Virus record (IMG/VR): IMGVR_UViG_3300037590_000079
Coordinates: 45,662 to 109,661 of that record
Source of the DNA: a virus
Lineage: Duplodnaviria; Caudoviricetes
Length of the DNA stretch: 64,000 bases
Direction: 5' to 3' (one strand)
The position numbers and the translations under genes were made by a program. Below, piece after piece: positions 40,361-50,251 of the stretch (positions within the stretch are counted from its first letter, which is position 1; each line of letters starts with the position of its first letter). The notes beneath the pieces are model-generated. The model was given only the letters and a program-made list of their open reading frames with translations. It had not been told where the DNA came from and ran no database searches.

Positions 40361-40804
40361 ATGAGGGTGCTCAGCAAGGGCCGCGTCTGGGACAAGGAGG
40401 CGATCCAGGCGCTGATCGACAACAACGACCAGGCGGTCGCACGCGCGCTGATGGTCGTATACGCAAATCAGACCGACGACGAGCGCGCCCAATGCACGAC
40501 GCGCCACGTCAACAACGTGGGTTTCACCTCGCACGACGCGGAAGCGCTCACCGATATCGCGCAGAAGTGGAAGCGCTGGGGTCGCTGGGCATCTGCGCGC
40601 CAGTGCAACTTCGTGCGCCGCAAGGTGCGCAAGTATCACCGCCAGATCCTCGAACACATCCTGTCGATCGATCCCGAGGCGCGCAAGATCGACGCGCGCG
40701 AGGCCAAGCAGATCGCGCAGAGCGAGGACGCGCCGCAGGTGTCGCCGCAAAGCAACACAACCGAAAACGAACCGCTGACCGATTTCCATCGCTTCGCGAT
40801 GTAA
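40361..40804 (+). CDS. Conserved phage hypothetical protein
   Basis: AVARAL...Y..QT.DE...T...NNVGF...DA pattern; AAGGAG RBS. Confidence 0.75.
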   Translation: MRVLSKGRVWDKEAIQALIDNNDQAVARALMVVYANQTDDERAQCTTRHVNNVGFTSHDAEALTDIAQKWKRWGRWASARQCNFVRRKVRKYHRQILEHILSIDPEARKIDAREAKQIAQSEDAPQVSPQSNTTENEPLTDFHRFAM

Positions 40805-40832
40805 GTAGGCACTGAGTGAAAAGGAAAAGACC

Positions 40833-41072
40833 ATGACTATTCTGAACGCTGACCCATCTCCGAACCATCACTACCAGGTGGACGGATTGACTGAGCCAGG
40901 CGGTCTGGATGGGCCAGGCATGCGCGAGAGCGATCCCGAAATAGGCGTGTATCCGCCTTTCGCGATCTTCATGCCTGGCCCGCAAGACTATCTGCCCGGC
41001 ACGTTCGAAACCCGTGAGGAGGCGGAAACGATCTGCGCCACCCTGAATAACGCATGTGGAGAGCAGCCATGA
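40833..41072 (+). CDS. Hypothetical protein
   Basis: AAGGA RBS. Confidence 0.55.
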   Translation: MTILNADPSPNHHYQVDGLTEPGGLDGPGMRESDPEIGVYPPFAIFMPGPQDYLPGTFETREEAETICATLNNACGEQP

Positions 41073-41500
41073 GCGTCACGATCTACCCCGCCTCGGTGCA
41101 GGATCATCACATGGTGGATGGGCAGCTGATGCCCGTCTACGGCCCCGTCGTGGATTTCGACAGCATGGAGATGTTCGTTCTCAAGGACATGCCCGACGAT
41201 CAGCTCCAGGAGGTCGAGGATCCGTTCCGGATCAACGAGAAATTCGTGCCCGGCGCCGGTATCCACATGAGTTCGGGCAACGTCTGGAGCCTGTTCAAGA
41301 GCCTCGGCCTCGATCCGAGCGAGAACCGGTTCGACGTCGAGACCGTCTACTGCGCCATCGAGGAGTTCGGGCACGCCACGATCAAAGCCGCCCGGTCGAT
41401 CGACGAGGCGCTCTACCTGGCCGACCGCATCAGCTCCTTGCGCGCCATGATTCACCTCGCGCGCAAGCACAACGCCACCGCCATCGTCATCGCTGGCTGA
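41069..41500 (+). CDS. Hypothetical protein
   Basis: ATGA overlap; GGAG RBS. Confidence 0.7.
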   Translation: MSVTIYPASVQDHHMVDGQLMPVYGPVVDFDSMEMFVLKDMPDDQLQEVEDPFRINEKFVPGAGIHMSSGNVWSLFKSLGLDPSENRFDVETVYCAIEEFGHATIKAARSIDEALYLADRISSLRAMIHLARKHNATAIVIAG

Positions 41501-41512
41501 AAGGAGAAAGCC

Positions 41513-42142
41513 ATGTTCATCGAATGCACCTTCGTGCCCCAAGCCTGGATCAGGGACAACGCCGTGTCGGTCGATCCCGAAGGACCGACCAGATGGTTCA
41601 TACCGATGGCCGAGGTCACGCAACTGACCGGCGTCACCGACATGAACAAGATGGACGACGATCCGTTCGCCCGTGACGAACTGCGCCGGTCCAGGCACGC
41701 GCCGCAGTGGATCAAGGACTGGAGCGGTCCGTTCGAGATCGAATGGGTGATCAAAAACGGATTCAGCCTGCGCGAGACCTTTCGCACCGATCAGGATCAC
41801 AAGAGATATGACAACGAACCGTTCAAGATCATCGGCATGTGGGTGGATCCGGACGTTGGCGGAGATCATCCTGAACCGCGCTTCGTGATCCAGTTCGCCG
41901 ACGGCGCGATCCACGATCAAGTCAACCCGGAGTGCATTTTCGAGGGTTTCGATGAACCGTTCGACCGCTGGTGCGAAACGACGAGCGAGCCCTGCATCGA
42001 GAAGATGAAGGAGGATATCGTCAGCGACTGGTTCGACACCTGCATGCAGGATCGCGACTTCCTGAACGGCATTCTCCAGCAATACGTCGAGACCTACAGC
42101 GACGAGGATATCCGTCGCTCCCACCGCGACGCCTTTCAGTGA
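41513..42142 (+). CDS. Hypothetical protein
   Basis: AAGGAG RBS. Confidence 0.75.
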   Translation: MFIECTFVPQAWIRDNAVSVDPEGPTRWFIPMAEVTQLTGVTDMNKMDDDPFARDELRRSRHAPQWIKDWSGPFEIEWVIKNGFSLRETFRTDQDHKRYDNEPFKIIGMWVDPDVGGDHPEPRFVIQFADGAIHDQVNPECIFEGFDEPFDRWCETTSEPCIEKMKEDIVSDWFDTCMQDRDFLNGILQQYVETYSDEDIRRSHRDAFQ

Positions 42143-42153
42143 AGGAGAAAACC

Positions 42154-42561
42154 ATGACACGCCAAGAGGCATTCAACGCCACCGCCCGCCATCTGCTCAC
42201 CACGCGCAGCCCGAGCGGCTACATGGTGGGCGACCACTTCCTGTGCGTCTACTCGGGTTCGGGCTGCGCATTGCGGCCGTTCATCCCCGACACGCCGACG
42301 GCCCTAGACTGGGACTGCATCGGTGCGATCGCGGACATGCGCGCGATGAACGATACGCCCGCCACCGTGCCCGACTTCATCAGCGAGGACTGGGATTTCT
42401 TCGAGAGCCTCCAGGACGCGCATGACAAGCCCGCCATGAAAGTCAATGGCGACGCAGCCAAGTGGCTGCCGAAATGGAAAGACGCGATGCGCGCGGTCGC
42501 GCAGAAATACCGCCTCGACCCCTCGATCCTCGACGAAAGCGAAACGGAGACGCACGCATGA
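42154..42561 (+). CDS. Hypothetical protein, paralogue of the 43695 ORF
   Basis: QEAFN...HLL ... LC.Y..GCA...IPD ... LQDAHD. Confidence 0.7.
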   Translation: MTRQEAFNATARHLLTTRSPSGYMVGDHFLCVYSGSGCALRPFIPDTPTALDWDCIGAIADMRAMNDTPATVPDFISEDWDFFESLQDAHDKPAMKVNGDAAKWLPKWKDAMRAVAQKYRLDPSILDESETETHA

Positions 42562-42968
42562 CACCCTATCTCGAAGTCCGCGGAGGCAACATCGAAATCA
42601 GCGACCTGAACGATCCGCTGATCAAGCTGCTCGCCAAATGCGGCACCGCCGAAGAAGCCGCCGAGTGGCTCTACACGAACCGGCACATGACCTGGATGAA
42701 CAGCTCCTCGATGGACTTCTCCGACGAATACGGCTGGCCCACCGACAACGCACGCGGCGACGTGATCGAGGCACTGGAAAGGCGCCGCACGCGCGATCAC
42801 GTCTGCAAGGTCTGCAAGACCTGCGGCTCCGAGGATGTCTGGATCGACGCCAATGCCGAATGGGATGTCGAGGAGCAGTGCTGGGATCTCAAGAGCACTT
42901 TCGACGCCGCGTGGTGCGATACCTGCGGCGGCGAAACCACGATCATCGACAAGAGGAGGGATAAATGA
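42558..42968 (+). CDS. Hypothetical protein with C-terminal zinc ribbon
   Basis: CKTCGSEDVW.DA...W ... WCDTC. Confidence 0.7.
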   Translation: MTPYLEVRGGNIEISDLNDPLIKLLAKCGTAEEAAEWLYTNRHMTWMNSSSMDFSDEYGWPTDNARGDVIEALERRRTRDHVCKVCKTCGSEDVWIDANAEWDVEEQCWDLKSTFDAAWCDTCGGETTIIDKRRDK

Positions 42969-43189
42969 GCAAAATCTGCAACCTCGGCGACCGGATCCGG
43001 CTCACGCATATGGGTGAAGACCCCGATCCGATCCCTGTCGGCGCCACCGGCACCGTAACCAGTATCACCGATATGCGCACCTGGGTCCAGATCGGTGTCA
43101 AGTGGGATATCAACCGCTCGCTGTATCTCTCCTGGCCCACCGATCGCTTCGAAATCATCGAGCGGGCGGACGATCCCGCCCGCTCTTGA
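42965..43189 (+). CDS. DUF4314-like protein
   Basis: GDRIRL..M..DPDPIP.G..GTV ... VKWD..RSL.L...DRF. Confidence 0.75.
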   Translation: MSKICNLGDRIRLTHMGEDPDPIPVGATGTVTSITDMRTWVQIGVKWDINRSLYLSWPTDRFEIIERADDPARS

Positions 43190-43270
43190 CCGTCACGATC
43201 CGCACGTAATCCGTCGTCGCATCTGCTATAAATAAGCACTGACACAAGCGCAAAACGGGAGACGCACAAA

Positions 43271-43660
43271 ATGGACCTCAAGCAAGTCGCCGTCGAATTC
43301 ATCGAGAAAGACCACGCGCGGAACACGCAAACACCGAAGATCCGAGTGATCTATTTCGTGACGGAACAGGAGATCTCGGCAGACTATGGCAGCCCCTGCT
43401 GGCGCGTCGAGAACATCATCGAATTCGAAGCCGCCGAGATCGAGCGGGTGATCGAATACATGCGCGCCCTGGAGAAATCGGGACGCTGCTCGGCCGCGAC
43501 GATCTTTCAGGACATCATCATTGCGCGGAACACCGCGCGGGGCGCACGCGTCACAATCGAGCGCTGCGGCGACAACTCGCCGATGCACGACGCCGCGCCG
43601 GTGCTCGCCGCCATGCACGCCCAGTGGCTGCGCGACATGCTCGAAACCGCGAAAGCGTAA
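43271..43660 (+). CDS. Hypothetical protein
   Basis: Promoter, operator and GGAG RBS. Confidence 0.7.
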   Translation: MDLKQVAVEFIEKDHARNTQTPKIRVIYFVTEQEISADYGSPCWRVENIIEFEAAEIERVIEYMRALEKSGRCSAATIFQDIIIARNTARGARVTIERCGDNSPMHDAAPVLAAMHAQWLRDMLETAKA

Positions 43661-43694
43661 CCCGCCACCTCGCGAGAAACGAAAGGATCACGTC

Positions 43695-44315
43695 ATGCAG
43701 AAGACCTACCAGGAAGTTTTCGATTTCGTCGTCGAGAGGCTGCTCCAGCAGGGCAAGCGCGCCATGCGGAAATCCGGCGGCGAAACGCTCTGCGCCCTGC
43801 GCGGCGAAGGAAACACCAAGTGCGCCATCGGCCATCTCATTCCCGACGAGGACTACACCGCGGAGCTGGAAGATTTCAGCACCATTCATAACATCGAAGG
43901 TGAAAACTCGCTTAGCCGCGGCATGAGAAAAGTCCTGGAAAAGAACCTCGGCGAGATCACCGAGGAAGATGCGATCTTCCTGCATGAGTTCCAGTTCGCA
44001 CATGATGTGCAGGAAGAAGGACGTAGTCTCCGCGAGACAATGCGCCTTTTCGCGAAAGCCTACAATCTCGACACCAAGGTGCTCGACACCAATCCCGGAA
44101 AGGAACAGCACATGATCATCATCGGCACAGAACAGACGCCTACCACCGAATACCCCGCACAGATCGTGGAAGCGGCCAAGCTGGTCGTCACGGCGAACAC
44201 CCAGGGCGGCTACGATATTCTCAAGGACGAGCTGGGCGTCATGCAGCACATCAACGACACCTGCGGCGCCATCGACATGCTCGACCTCAAGCGCAATATC
44301 GGCGTCTACCTCTGA
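43695..44315 (+). CDS. Hypothetical protein, paralogue of the 42154 ORF with a C-terminal extension
   Basis: QEVFD.V...LL.Q ... LC..RG...KCAIG.LIPD ... FQFAHD. Confidence 0.7.
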   Translation: MQKTYQEVFDFVVERLLQQGKRAMRKSGGETLCALRGEGNTKCAIGHLIPDEDYTAELEDFSTIHNIEGENSLSRGMRKVLEKNLGEITEEDAIFLHEFQFAHDVQEEGRSLRETMRLFAKAYNLDTKVLDTNPGKEQHMIIIGTEQTPTTEYPAQIVEAAKLVVTANTQGGYDILKDELGVMQHINDTCGAIDMLDLKRNIGVYL

Positions 44316-45600
44316 CACCACAATTCACGCACGAAACGGACAAAGCCGGTGCATCAGCATCGGCTTTTCCACGTCTGCACACCGCACGGGATCAACCGAT
44401 AACGACGCCCCTTGCACGTTTCCACGGGTTTCCGAATGTAAACATTCACACTCATCCATGTTCACATTTTCCGCGAAATCTCCGTAAAATAAGAGGATCG
44501 AATGTTTGCATCTTCCGAAAACCAGGATGGCAAATGTTCCGGATGTAAACATGCAGATCGAGGAAAATCAGGAACTTAGCCTCCCGGCACACCCGAAAAA
44601 CAGCCTTTTTAGGTGTAACACGTAAGAGAACAGGACAGAAGCGGATACCTGAAAACCGTCAGAAGCGCTGAGAAGCGCACACAGTGCGCCTAAGCACTCA
44701 CGACGAGCACCGACAGCTTAAAAGAGTCGGACAGCATCAGGTGAAGCGCACAGCGAGCCCCAGACGCATAGACACCTGCTGGGCAGCACGCACAGACGCG
44801 CCGACAGCGTAAAAGCAGCACGGGAACGCGTAGAGACGACACAGAGCCGGAAGAGGTGCGTGAGAAGATAGGAGATGCAGAGACGCACAGAGAGGTCGAG
44901 CGACAGAGAGCCGAGAGAGAAAGCGTTAAGAAGAGGGTAAGAGGAGAAGAGGGGAGGATCATTATAGGAGGATTGGGTGAGACCACACTTCCCCGCAACA
45001 CACCGCACCGCCCCGGATCTCCCGAACTCCTCAAGACGCCGTCCGAAGCCGCGGCACACCGACACGAAGCGTGCGAAACCAGACGACACCCTCGCTCTGC
45101 TGTGCTACTGTGCTAGTGAGAGACAACGCGTGTCCGGACGCGTTCGTGCTGAAAGGCACACTGTTTTGCGTTGCGCATCACGAGACCGGACCGGATGATG
45201 CTAACTCCAGGAGCGTGAGCACCGTCTCACGCTCCTTTTTCTTTCGCCTGACCTGTGCCGGAGAATGTGTCGCGGAAATGGGAGCTTTGGTGCATCATTA
45301 AGAACTTATCTAAAGAAGGTATCTAAGAGTATTATATATAAAGATACAGCGCGGCTCGGGAAAAGGGAGTTTTCAGACCTCTTCCGGAAAGCCACAAAAC
45401 GCACGAAAACCCTGTAAAATCAGCGTCTAAACACCTCTCCCGGCCAAGTCCTCACTGCCGGACCAGGATTCCGATCGCCGTGCTTCCTCGGGAAAAGGGA
45501 GCTTTCAGACCCCGCGGCGCTGAAAGCCGCGCCACTCATTTCCTTGAAAATCAAGGACTTGAAGATGATCCGCCCCTAATAGGAGCTCAAGCGTCCGGTC
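44316..45600. other. Long non-coding region, candidate replication origin/control region
   Basis: No credible ORF; ATGT-NN-RCAT palindromes at 44436, 44458, 44502, 44543; AT-rich patch 45298-45346; 21-bp direct repeat at 45359 and 45491. Confidence 0.45.
45117..45244 (+). ncRNA. Candidate structured small RNA
   Basis: TGCTACTGT -10-like box at ~45103, three hairpins (one with a GAAA loop), then an 11-bp terminator stem with T-run; no ORF. Confidence 0.35.
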
Positions 45601-46009
45601 CTGGCCGGGTTAGGAATGGCTGGGTATACACGCAAAGGCATTTGCGGGTGTGGCGCGCTCCAGACCCTGAGCCACACCCCTCGGTATACCGAGACCCGCC
45701 GGTATACCGAGGATCTCCCGCGGCACGGATGTGAGCCCGGAGGGACGGCAAGGCACAGAGAGGCATCCGGAGGGATCGCTGGCCCGGCAAAAGCGGTGCG
45801 GATTGCCACGGCTCGCCCTCCCGGTGCAAATCCTGACGCCCTGCCCTCTTTCCGCTCGATTTCGACGCACCCGACGGATCGGCTCGTCCCGCGCGCTCCC
45901 TGTCCGATGCCGATCGATGCCTGCCGCTATCCTTCGCAGCGTGTCGTATTGTGCAAGTGTGATCGCGACAAGCGCGACACGCGAAAGCAAAGCAGAAAGG
46001 AAATGTCAC

Positions 46010-46648
46010 ATGGCACAGAACGACAAAGTCACCGAAAAGACCTTCGCGGAGATCATCGCAGATGTGAGCGCCGGCCGCACCAAGAAGCGGATCAGCGATT
46101 TCGAGACCGCCTTCGACGCGCGCATGGCGCACGAGACGCAGAAGGCCGCCGGCAACACCTCGATCCAGAAGGTGCTGAAGGCCGAGAAGGCGAAGCTGAC
46201 CACGCCCGCCCTTGCCGCGCTGAGCCTCGCCGCCGAGATGAGCCCGGACTTCGTCAACCGCGTCAGCCGAGGCGACGCCCGTTTCAACGTCTACGCCATC
46301 AAGAAGATCACGGACCTGATGAACGGTCTCAACGGCCAGGCCATGCGGAACGCGATCAACATCGCCATCATCAAGTCGATGCTGGCCTGCGAGAAGGCGG
46401 GCGTGCCCTTCACCGGCCAGATCGCGCAGGCCGCGGTCTCCGACAAGCTGCCGCTCAAGAAGGAACTCGACGCGATCATGACGCGGCACAATGTCGGTGC
46501 GAGCACGGCACCGACGCAGGCGTCCTCGACGATGAACGCCCTGATGATGACCGGCGTGGCGCGCAACACGGGCACGACGCGCAACCCGGTCTACGAACTC
46601 AAGGCGACGCCGCAGACCGAGGTGCTGCGCACGATGTTCGCCGCGTAA
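46010..46648 (+). CDS. Hypothetical protein (family shared with the 52481 and 28243 ORFs)
   Basis: AAAGGA RBS; normal codon usage; hairpin at 46661-46698 downstream. Confidence 0.8.
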   Translation: MAQNDKVTEKTFAEIIADVSAGRTKKRISDFETAFDARMAHETQKAAGNTSIQKVLKAEKAKLTTPALAALSLAAEMSPDFVNRVSRGDARFNVYAIKKITDLMNGLNGQAMRNAINIAIIKSMLACEKAGVPFTGQIAQAAVSDKLPLKKELDAIMTRHNVGASTAPTQASSTMNALMMTGVARNTGTTRNPVYELKATPQTEVLRTMFAA

Positions 46649-47153
46649 CACCGCAGAGACGCTGAGCGAGCCCGTGAGTGCGTTCGGGCTCACTCAGCAC
46701 CCTGACACCGAAAAAGCGCTCAGGCGCACTCAGTGAAGCGCACAGCGCCTCTCAGGCACAACAAGGGAGACACCCGTCCATGACCTGGCCCTAGCGAGAC
46801 ACCGATGATCAGCGCCACAGACACACGCGCACCAGGCACGACCTGAATTGAAGCCCACCGGGCGACAGGGGAGCACGAGACGTCTGACACCGTCCGCTCC
46901 CCTTTTTCGCGTCTGTGCGTGTGCCGCGGGCTGCCGCGGGACTGGTTGATCCGGGGAATGGATAGGGTGACAGGGACACGCCGGGAGGCGCGTATGGCAA
47001 CAATCTTTCGTTCGTCTCCGAGGAGCTGGCAACTTTTGCAAAGCGGCGTGCCCAAGGTGCGGCGGCTCCCTGCACGCGCCTTCAGAGCCCTGCCGCATCC
47101 CGGCTGCGCGCTTGCTACTGTGAAGATACGCAACGCAAGACGGAGAAAGCGAC

Positions 47154-47441
47154 ATGATGGATTATCACGAGGCGGCAGCGCAGTGGGAGCAGCTTTGCGA
47201 AGGCAGCGAGCTGCTCCGGATCTATATCGAGAACGTCGAGGTGCGCGAGGATCGCATCGTCTACAATTTCGACGGGCACATGAAGTGCGTGCTGTTCTGG
47301 AACACGGAGATCGGCAAGTGGGTCGAGCGCGGCGACGTGCGCGGCGACGAGGATCTGGTGACGATCGAGCGCGGCATTATCGCGAACACGCTGATCGAGG
47401 TGCGCGACAGGCTTGAGGAGGAGCTGCGCGACCCGCTCTGA
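47154..47441 (+). CDS. Hypothetical protein (single-gene cassette)
   Basis: ACGCAACGCAAGACGGAG leader. Confidence 0.7.
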   Translation: MMDYHEAAAQWEQLCEGSELLRIYIENVEVREDRIVYNFDGHMKCVLFWNTEIGKWVERGDVRGDEDLVTIERGIIANTLIEVRDRLEEELRDPL

Positions 47442-47682
47442 GAGCGCTCTGAAGGCGGGGCCGGGAATGGCATCGTCTTCAGGGACCGGCCGATCCGGGA
47501 ATGGCTGGCTCCGGGCGTGTGGATGGCAGGATGGACGGGTATACCGATCCGCGGTCAATTGCGGGGCGCCGGATCCCTGCCCGGCCCTGCACCGACCGTC
47601 GCGTGCCTGGCGTCACCGCGCGCAAACCGCATCTCGCTCTGCTATGTGTGAGACACGCAACACGAAGCAGAAAGAGAGAACC

Positions 47683-48075
47683 ATGCAGATCGCAGAACCG
47701 CAGAACCTCGAACTCAAGACCTATCTCAAGAACCTGTTCGATCTGACCGAAGATGATGCGCGCGAGATCGCGCTCGACCTCGAACAGGTCATGCGCGGTG
47801 ATACCGAGAGCACCCGGTATTTCGAGACGAAGAAACCGCAGCATACGGTTCGTATCAGTGACGAACTCGCACAGCGCATCGCGAACCATGTCGCAGACCT
47901 GCTCGACCGCGAGCTGCCCACTTCCATCGAGATCCCGGCCACTGACCGCGGTGTCATTCTCGACCGCGTGTCGCAGAGTTGCCGCGCGCACCTCGAAACC
48001 CACTGGGCGAAAGACGCGAGTGCGACCTTCTGCGACGCACCTGACGACCACGACATACCGTCGCGCACCGCGTGA
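47683..48075 (+). CDS. Hypothetical protein (single-gene cassette)
   Basis: CAGAAAGAGAGAACC-ATG leader. Confidence 0.7.
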   Translation: MQIAEPQNLELKTYLKNLFDLTEDDAREIALDLEQVMRGDTESTRYFETKKPQHTVRISDELAQRIANHVADLLDRELPTSIEIPATDRGVILDRVSQSCRAHLETHWAKDASATFCDAPDDHDIPSRTA

Positions 48076-48150
48076 AAACCTGATCGAGACGTGTCAGTGT
48101 AGCAATGTGTCTACACTGACACGCAACGCAGAACCTGAAAGGAACTCATC

Positions 48151-48474
48151 ATGACCGCAGAACGTCAACTCGAAACGATCCTCGATGGCCTCAAGCCGCT
48201 CGACGCCGAAAAGGCGCTCGACGGCGATCTCAGCGAGCGCTTCTCGGCCGTCGTCGGCCAGACCTTCTTGATCGACGTGATCCTCGTCGATACCGAGCAC
48301 TACCCGGACGTGTCCGTGGTTCTCGATATCTATCGTCGTGAAGGCACGCACAACATTCACGACGACTTCCGCGGTCTGAGCGATCACGTCGGCCTCTACG
48401 CGGTCCGGTCGCTGCACGACGCCGTCATGCGCATCGCGTCCGCGGTCGTCGTTCACGAAGATACCGTGATCTGA
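48151..48474 (+). CDS. Hypothetical protein
   Basis: ACGCAACGCAGA leader; AAGGA RBS. Confidence 0.7.
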   Translation: MTAERQLETILDGLKPLDAEKALDGDLSERFSAVVGQTFLIDVILVDTEHYPDVSVVLDIYRREGTHNIHDDFRGLSDHVGLYAVRSLHDAVMRIASAVVVHEDTVI

Positions 48475-48543
48475 GCGCCGCGAACGACCTGTGTGCGCCG
48501 CGGCGCACACAGGCATCAGCAAGGCAGACAGAAAGAGATAGCT

Positions 48544-48729
48544 ATGACCGACATCAACCGCATGAAAACCGGCCAGCGCGTCAAGATCGATCACCCCTTC
48601 TACGGCCAGCGCGTCGTCACGATCGAGGATTTCGACGGCCCCAAGGGCAGCACCGTGAACGATACCGGCCTTTGCACGATCGACGGCGCGCGCGTATGGT
48701 TCGATCAGGACATGATCGTCAGCGCCTGA
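48544..48729 (+). CDS. Hypothetical protein (SH3-like beta fold possible)
   Basis: CAGACAGAAAGAGA leader; GQRVKI.HPFYG..VV. Confidence 0.6.
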   Translation: MTDINRMKTGQRVKIDHPFYGQRVVTIEDFDGPKGSTVNDTGLCTIDGARVWFDQDMIVSA

Positions 48730-48735
48730 TGCGCA

Positions 48736-48764
48736 CCAAGGGCGAGCAAGGCGCTCGCCCTTGG
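48736..48764. repeat. 12-bp-stem hairpin, copy 1
   Basis: CCAAGGGCGAGC-AAGGC-GCTCGCCCTTGG. Confidence 0.8.
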
Positions 48765-48862
48765 GACCGACGGGCCTGCACGCGCCGTCACATACCTGCC
48801 GAAAACCTCGAAACGCGTCGCTATTCTGACTGCACTCGCAACGCAGACAGAAAGAGAGAACC

Positions 48863-49312
48863 ATGCTTTACGTGACCGAGAAAGACCTGCTTCACATCAA
48901 GAACGAAGACCTGCACGGTCCTGTCGTCGAGTGCCTCGGCCTCTTCGACGCTGTTCAGCGTCTGTGCAAGTCGCGCCTCACGAACGACGACCGCATCATG
49001 CTCTGGAGCCTTCACGACGCCTATGTCGATCACGAGCAGCGCGACGCCGTCTCGCGCCATGAGGCGCTGCTGATCATCGAGAGCATGATGCGCCTCATGC
49101 CTGTGACGGTCTTGCGCGAGCACAACAACGCGCTCGAATATCTGCACCTCGGCCTCGACGAGGCGCAGTCGCACGACGCGATCAACGGTTTTGTGTGGTG
49201 CAGCACGTATCTGCCTTTCGACAAGAGCGCGCCGTGCGCGACCTGCATCGCAGACGAGAGCGCCTTTCCGGAACTGATCGCGATGATCGAGGGCGCGCTC
49301 AACATCGAGTGA
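48863..49312 (+). CDS. Hypothetical protein
   Basis: CGCAACGCAGACAGAAAGAGAGAACC-ATG leader. Confidence 0.7.
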   Translation: MLYVTEKDLLHIKNEDLHGPVVECLGLFDAVQRLCKSRLTNDDRIMLWSLHDAYVDHEQRDAVSRHEALLIIESMMRLMPVTVLREHNNALEYLHLGLDEAQSHDAINGFVWCSTYLPFDKSAPCATCIADESAFPELIAMIEGALNIE

Positions 49313-49318
49313 CGAGAA

Positions 49319-49347
49319 CCGAGGGCGAGCAAGGCGCTCGCCCTCGG
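49319..49347. repeat. 12-bp-stem hairpin, copy 2
   Basis: CCGAGGGCGAGC-AAGGC-GCTCGCCCTCGG; compensatory change relative to copy 1. Confidence 0.8.
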
Positions 49348-49451
49348 GACGCGCCGGTGCGGGGCCACGGAAACGAATGGCCGCGCAGGGAGAGGTTCTG
49401 CAAGGGCTCTGACGGGCCGCGCGTCCCGCGGGCAGCCCTCCCGGCACGCAA

Positions 49452-49482
49452 GAAAAAGGGCGTGCGTCACGCACGCCCTTCT
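49452..49482 (-). terminator. Terminator between convergent genes
   Basis: AAGGGCGTGCG / CGCACGCCCTT stem with A-run on the left. Confidence 0.7.
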
Positions 49483-49490
49483 CGTCTCGC

Positions 49491-49844
49491 TTACGCGACC
49501 TCGGGCACGAGCGCGCGCTGACGTGCCTTCTCGCGCCGCCGGCGCCACACCTTCGCCCAGTAGCGCCCTTTGCGCGCCTTCATCTTCTCGCGCATCGCGA
49601 TGCGCAGATCGTGCCGCTTCGCGCTGATATAGGCGCAGGCCGCTTCCACCTGGTCGTCGTGCAGCCCCGCTTCCTCGAAGAGCCGCTCGATGCGCGCTTC
49701 GAGCGACCGCGCGCTCGCAGCGCACGCATCGCGCGCCTTGTCGCTCACGCTCTGCGAGCCCCTTTCGATGCCGCGCAGATCGCGTTCCTCACGCGCGATC
49801 TTGTCGAGAATGACACGCTGCCGGATTTCGAAGTCGGTTTTCAT
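49491..49844 (-). CDS. Hypothetical basic helical protein
   Basis: AAAGGA RBS on the minus strand. Confidence 0.65.
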   Translation of the reverse strand: MKTDFEIRQRVILDKIAREERDLRGIERGSQSVSDKARDACAASARSLEARIERLFEEAGLHDDQVEAACAYISAKRHDLRIAMREKMKARKGRYWAKVWRRRREKARQRALVPEVA

Positions 49845-49904
49845 AGCAAGTTCCTTTCTCTGCTTTGCTTGCATCTTTAGCTTTGCAGCTATCTGAGCGG
49901 ATAG

Positions 49905-50066
49905 CTATCGGTATGCAGCGGCTTGCTCAGGCGTCATCAGGCCGAGAAGGACAGAGGTGTCGGCGGGAGCGACGGTCACGGCGATCATCAGCGCCATCAG
50001 GAGCACGCCGGCGACGAGCACGGCCAGGCCGCTGAGCAGTTCGAGCAGTTCCTCCAGCACGCTCAC
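49905..50066 (-). CDS. Small membrane protein
   Basis: GTG start with GGAGG RBS; one long hydrophobic helix. Confidence 0.55.
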   Translation of the reverse strand: MSVLEELLELLSGLAVLVAGVLLMALMIAVTVAPADTSVLLGLMTPEQAAAYR

Positions 50067-50251
50067 GCCTCCTTTGCCTGAAGGGCGCTCAGCGAGCCGC
50101 GCAGACGCCGCAGCAGCGCGATTTCCTGCCGCACCAGCGGGCGCATGATCGCGTGCGCGTTGCGACCGCGAAGCCACACTCTGACGCGCGATTCCTGCGC
50201 GCTGATCGCGCCGATGAGGCGCTGCTTCTCGATTTCGTGACGGTTTTGCAT
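50063..50251 (-). CDS. Hypothetical protein
   Basis: ACGCAAGCAGAGAGCGAGA leader. Confidence 0.6.
   Translation of the reverse strand: MQNRHEIEKQRLIGAISAQESRVRVWLRGRNAHAIMRPLVRQEIALLRRLRGSLSALQAKEA

Noticed and set aside
45616-46665. 349-aa ORF, and the upstream extension of the 45731 ORF
   Set aside because: Arg/Pro-rich out-of-frame translation; the credible start is the ATG at 46010 with an AAAGGA RBS.
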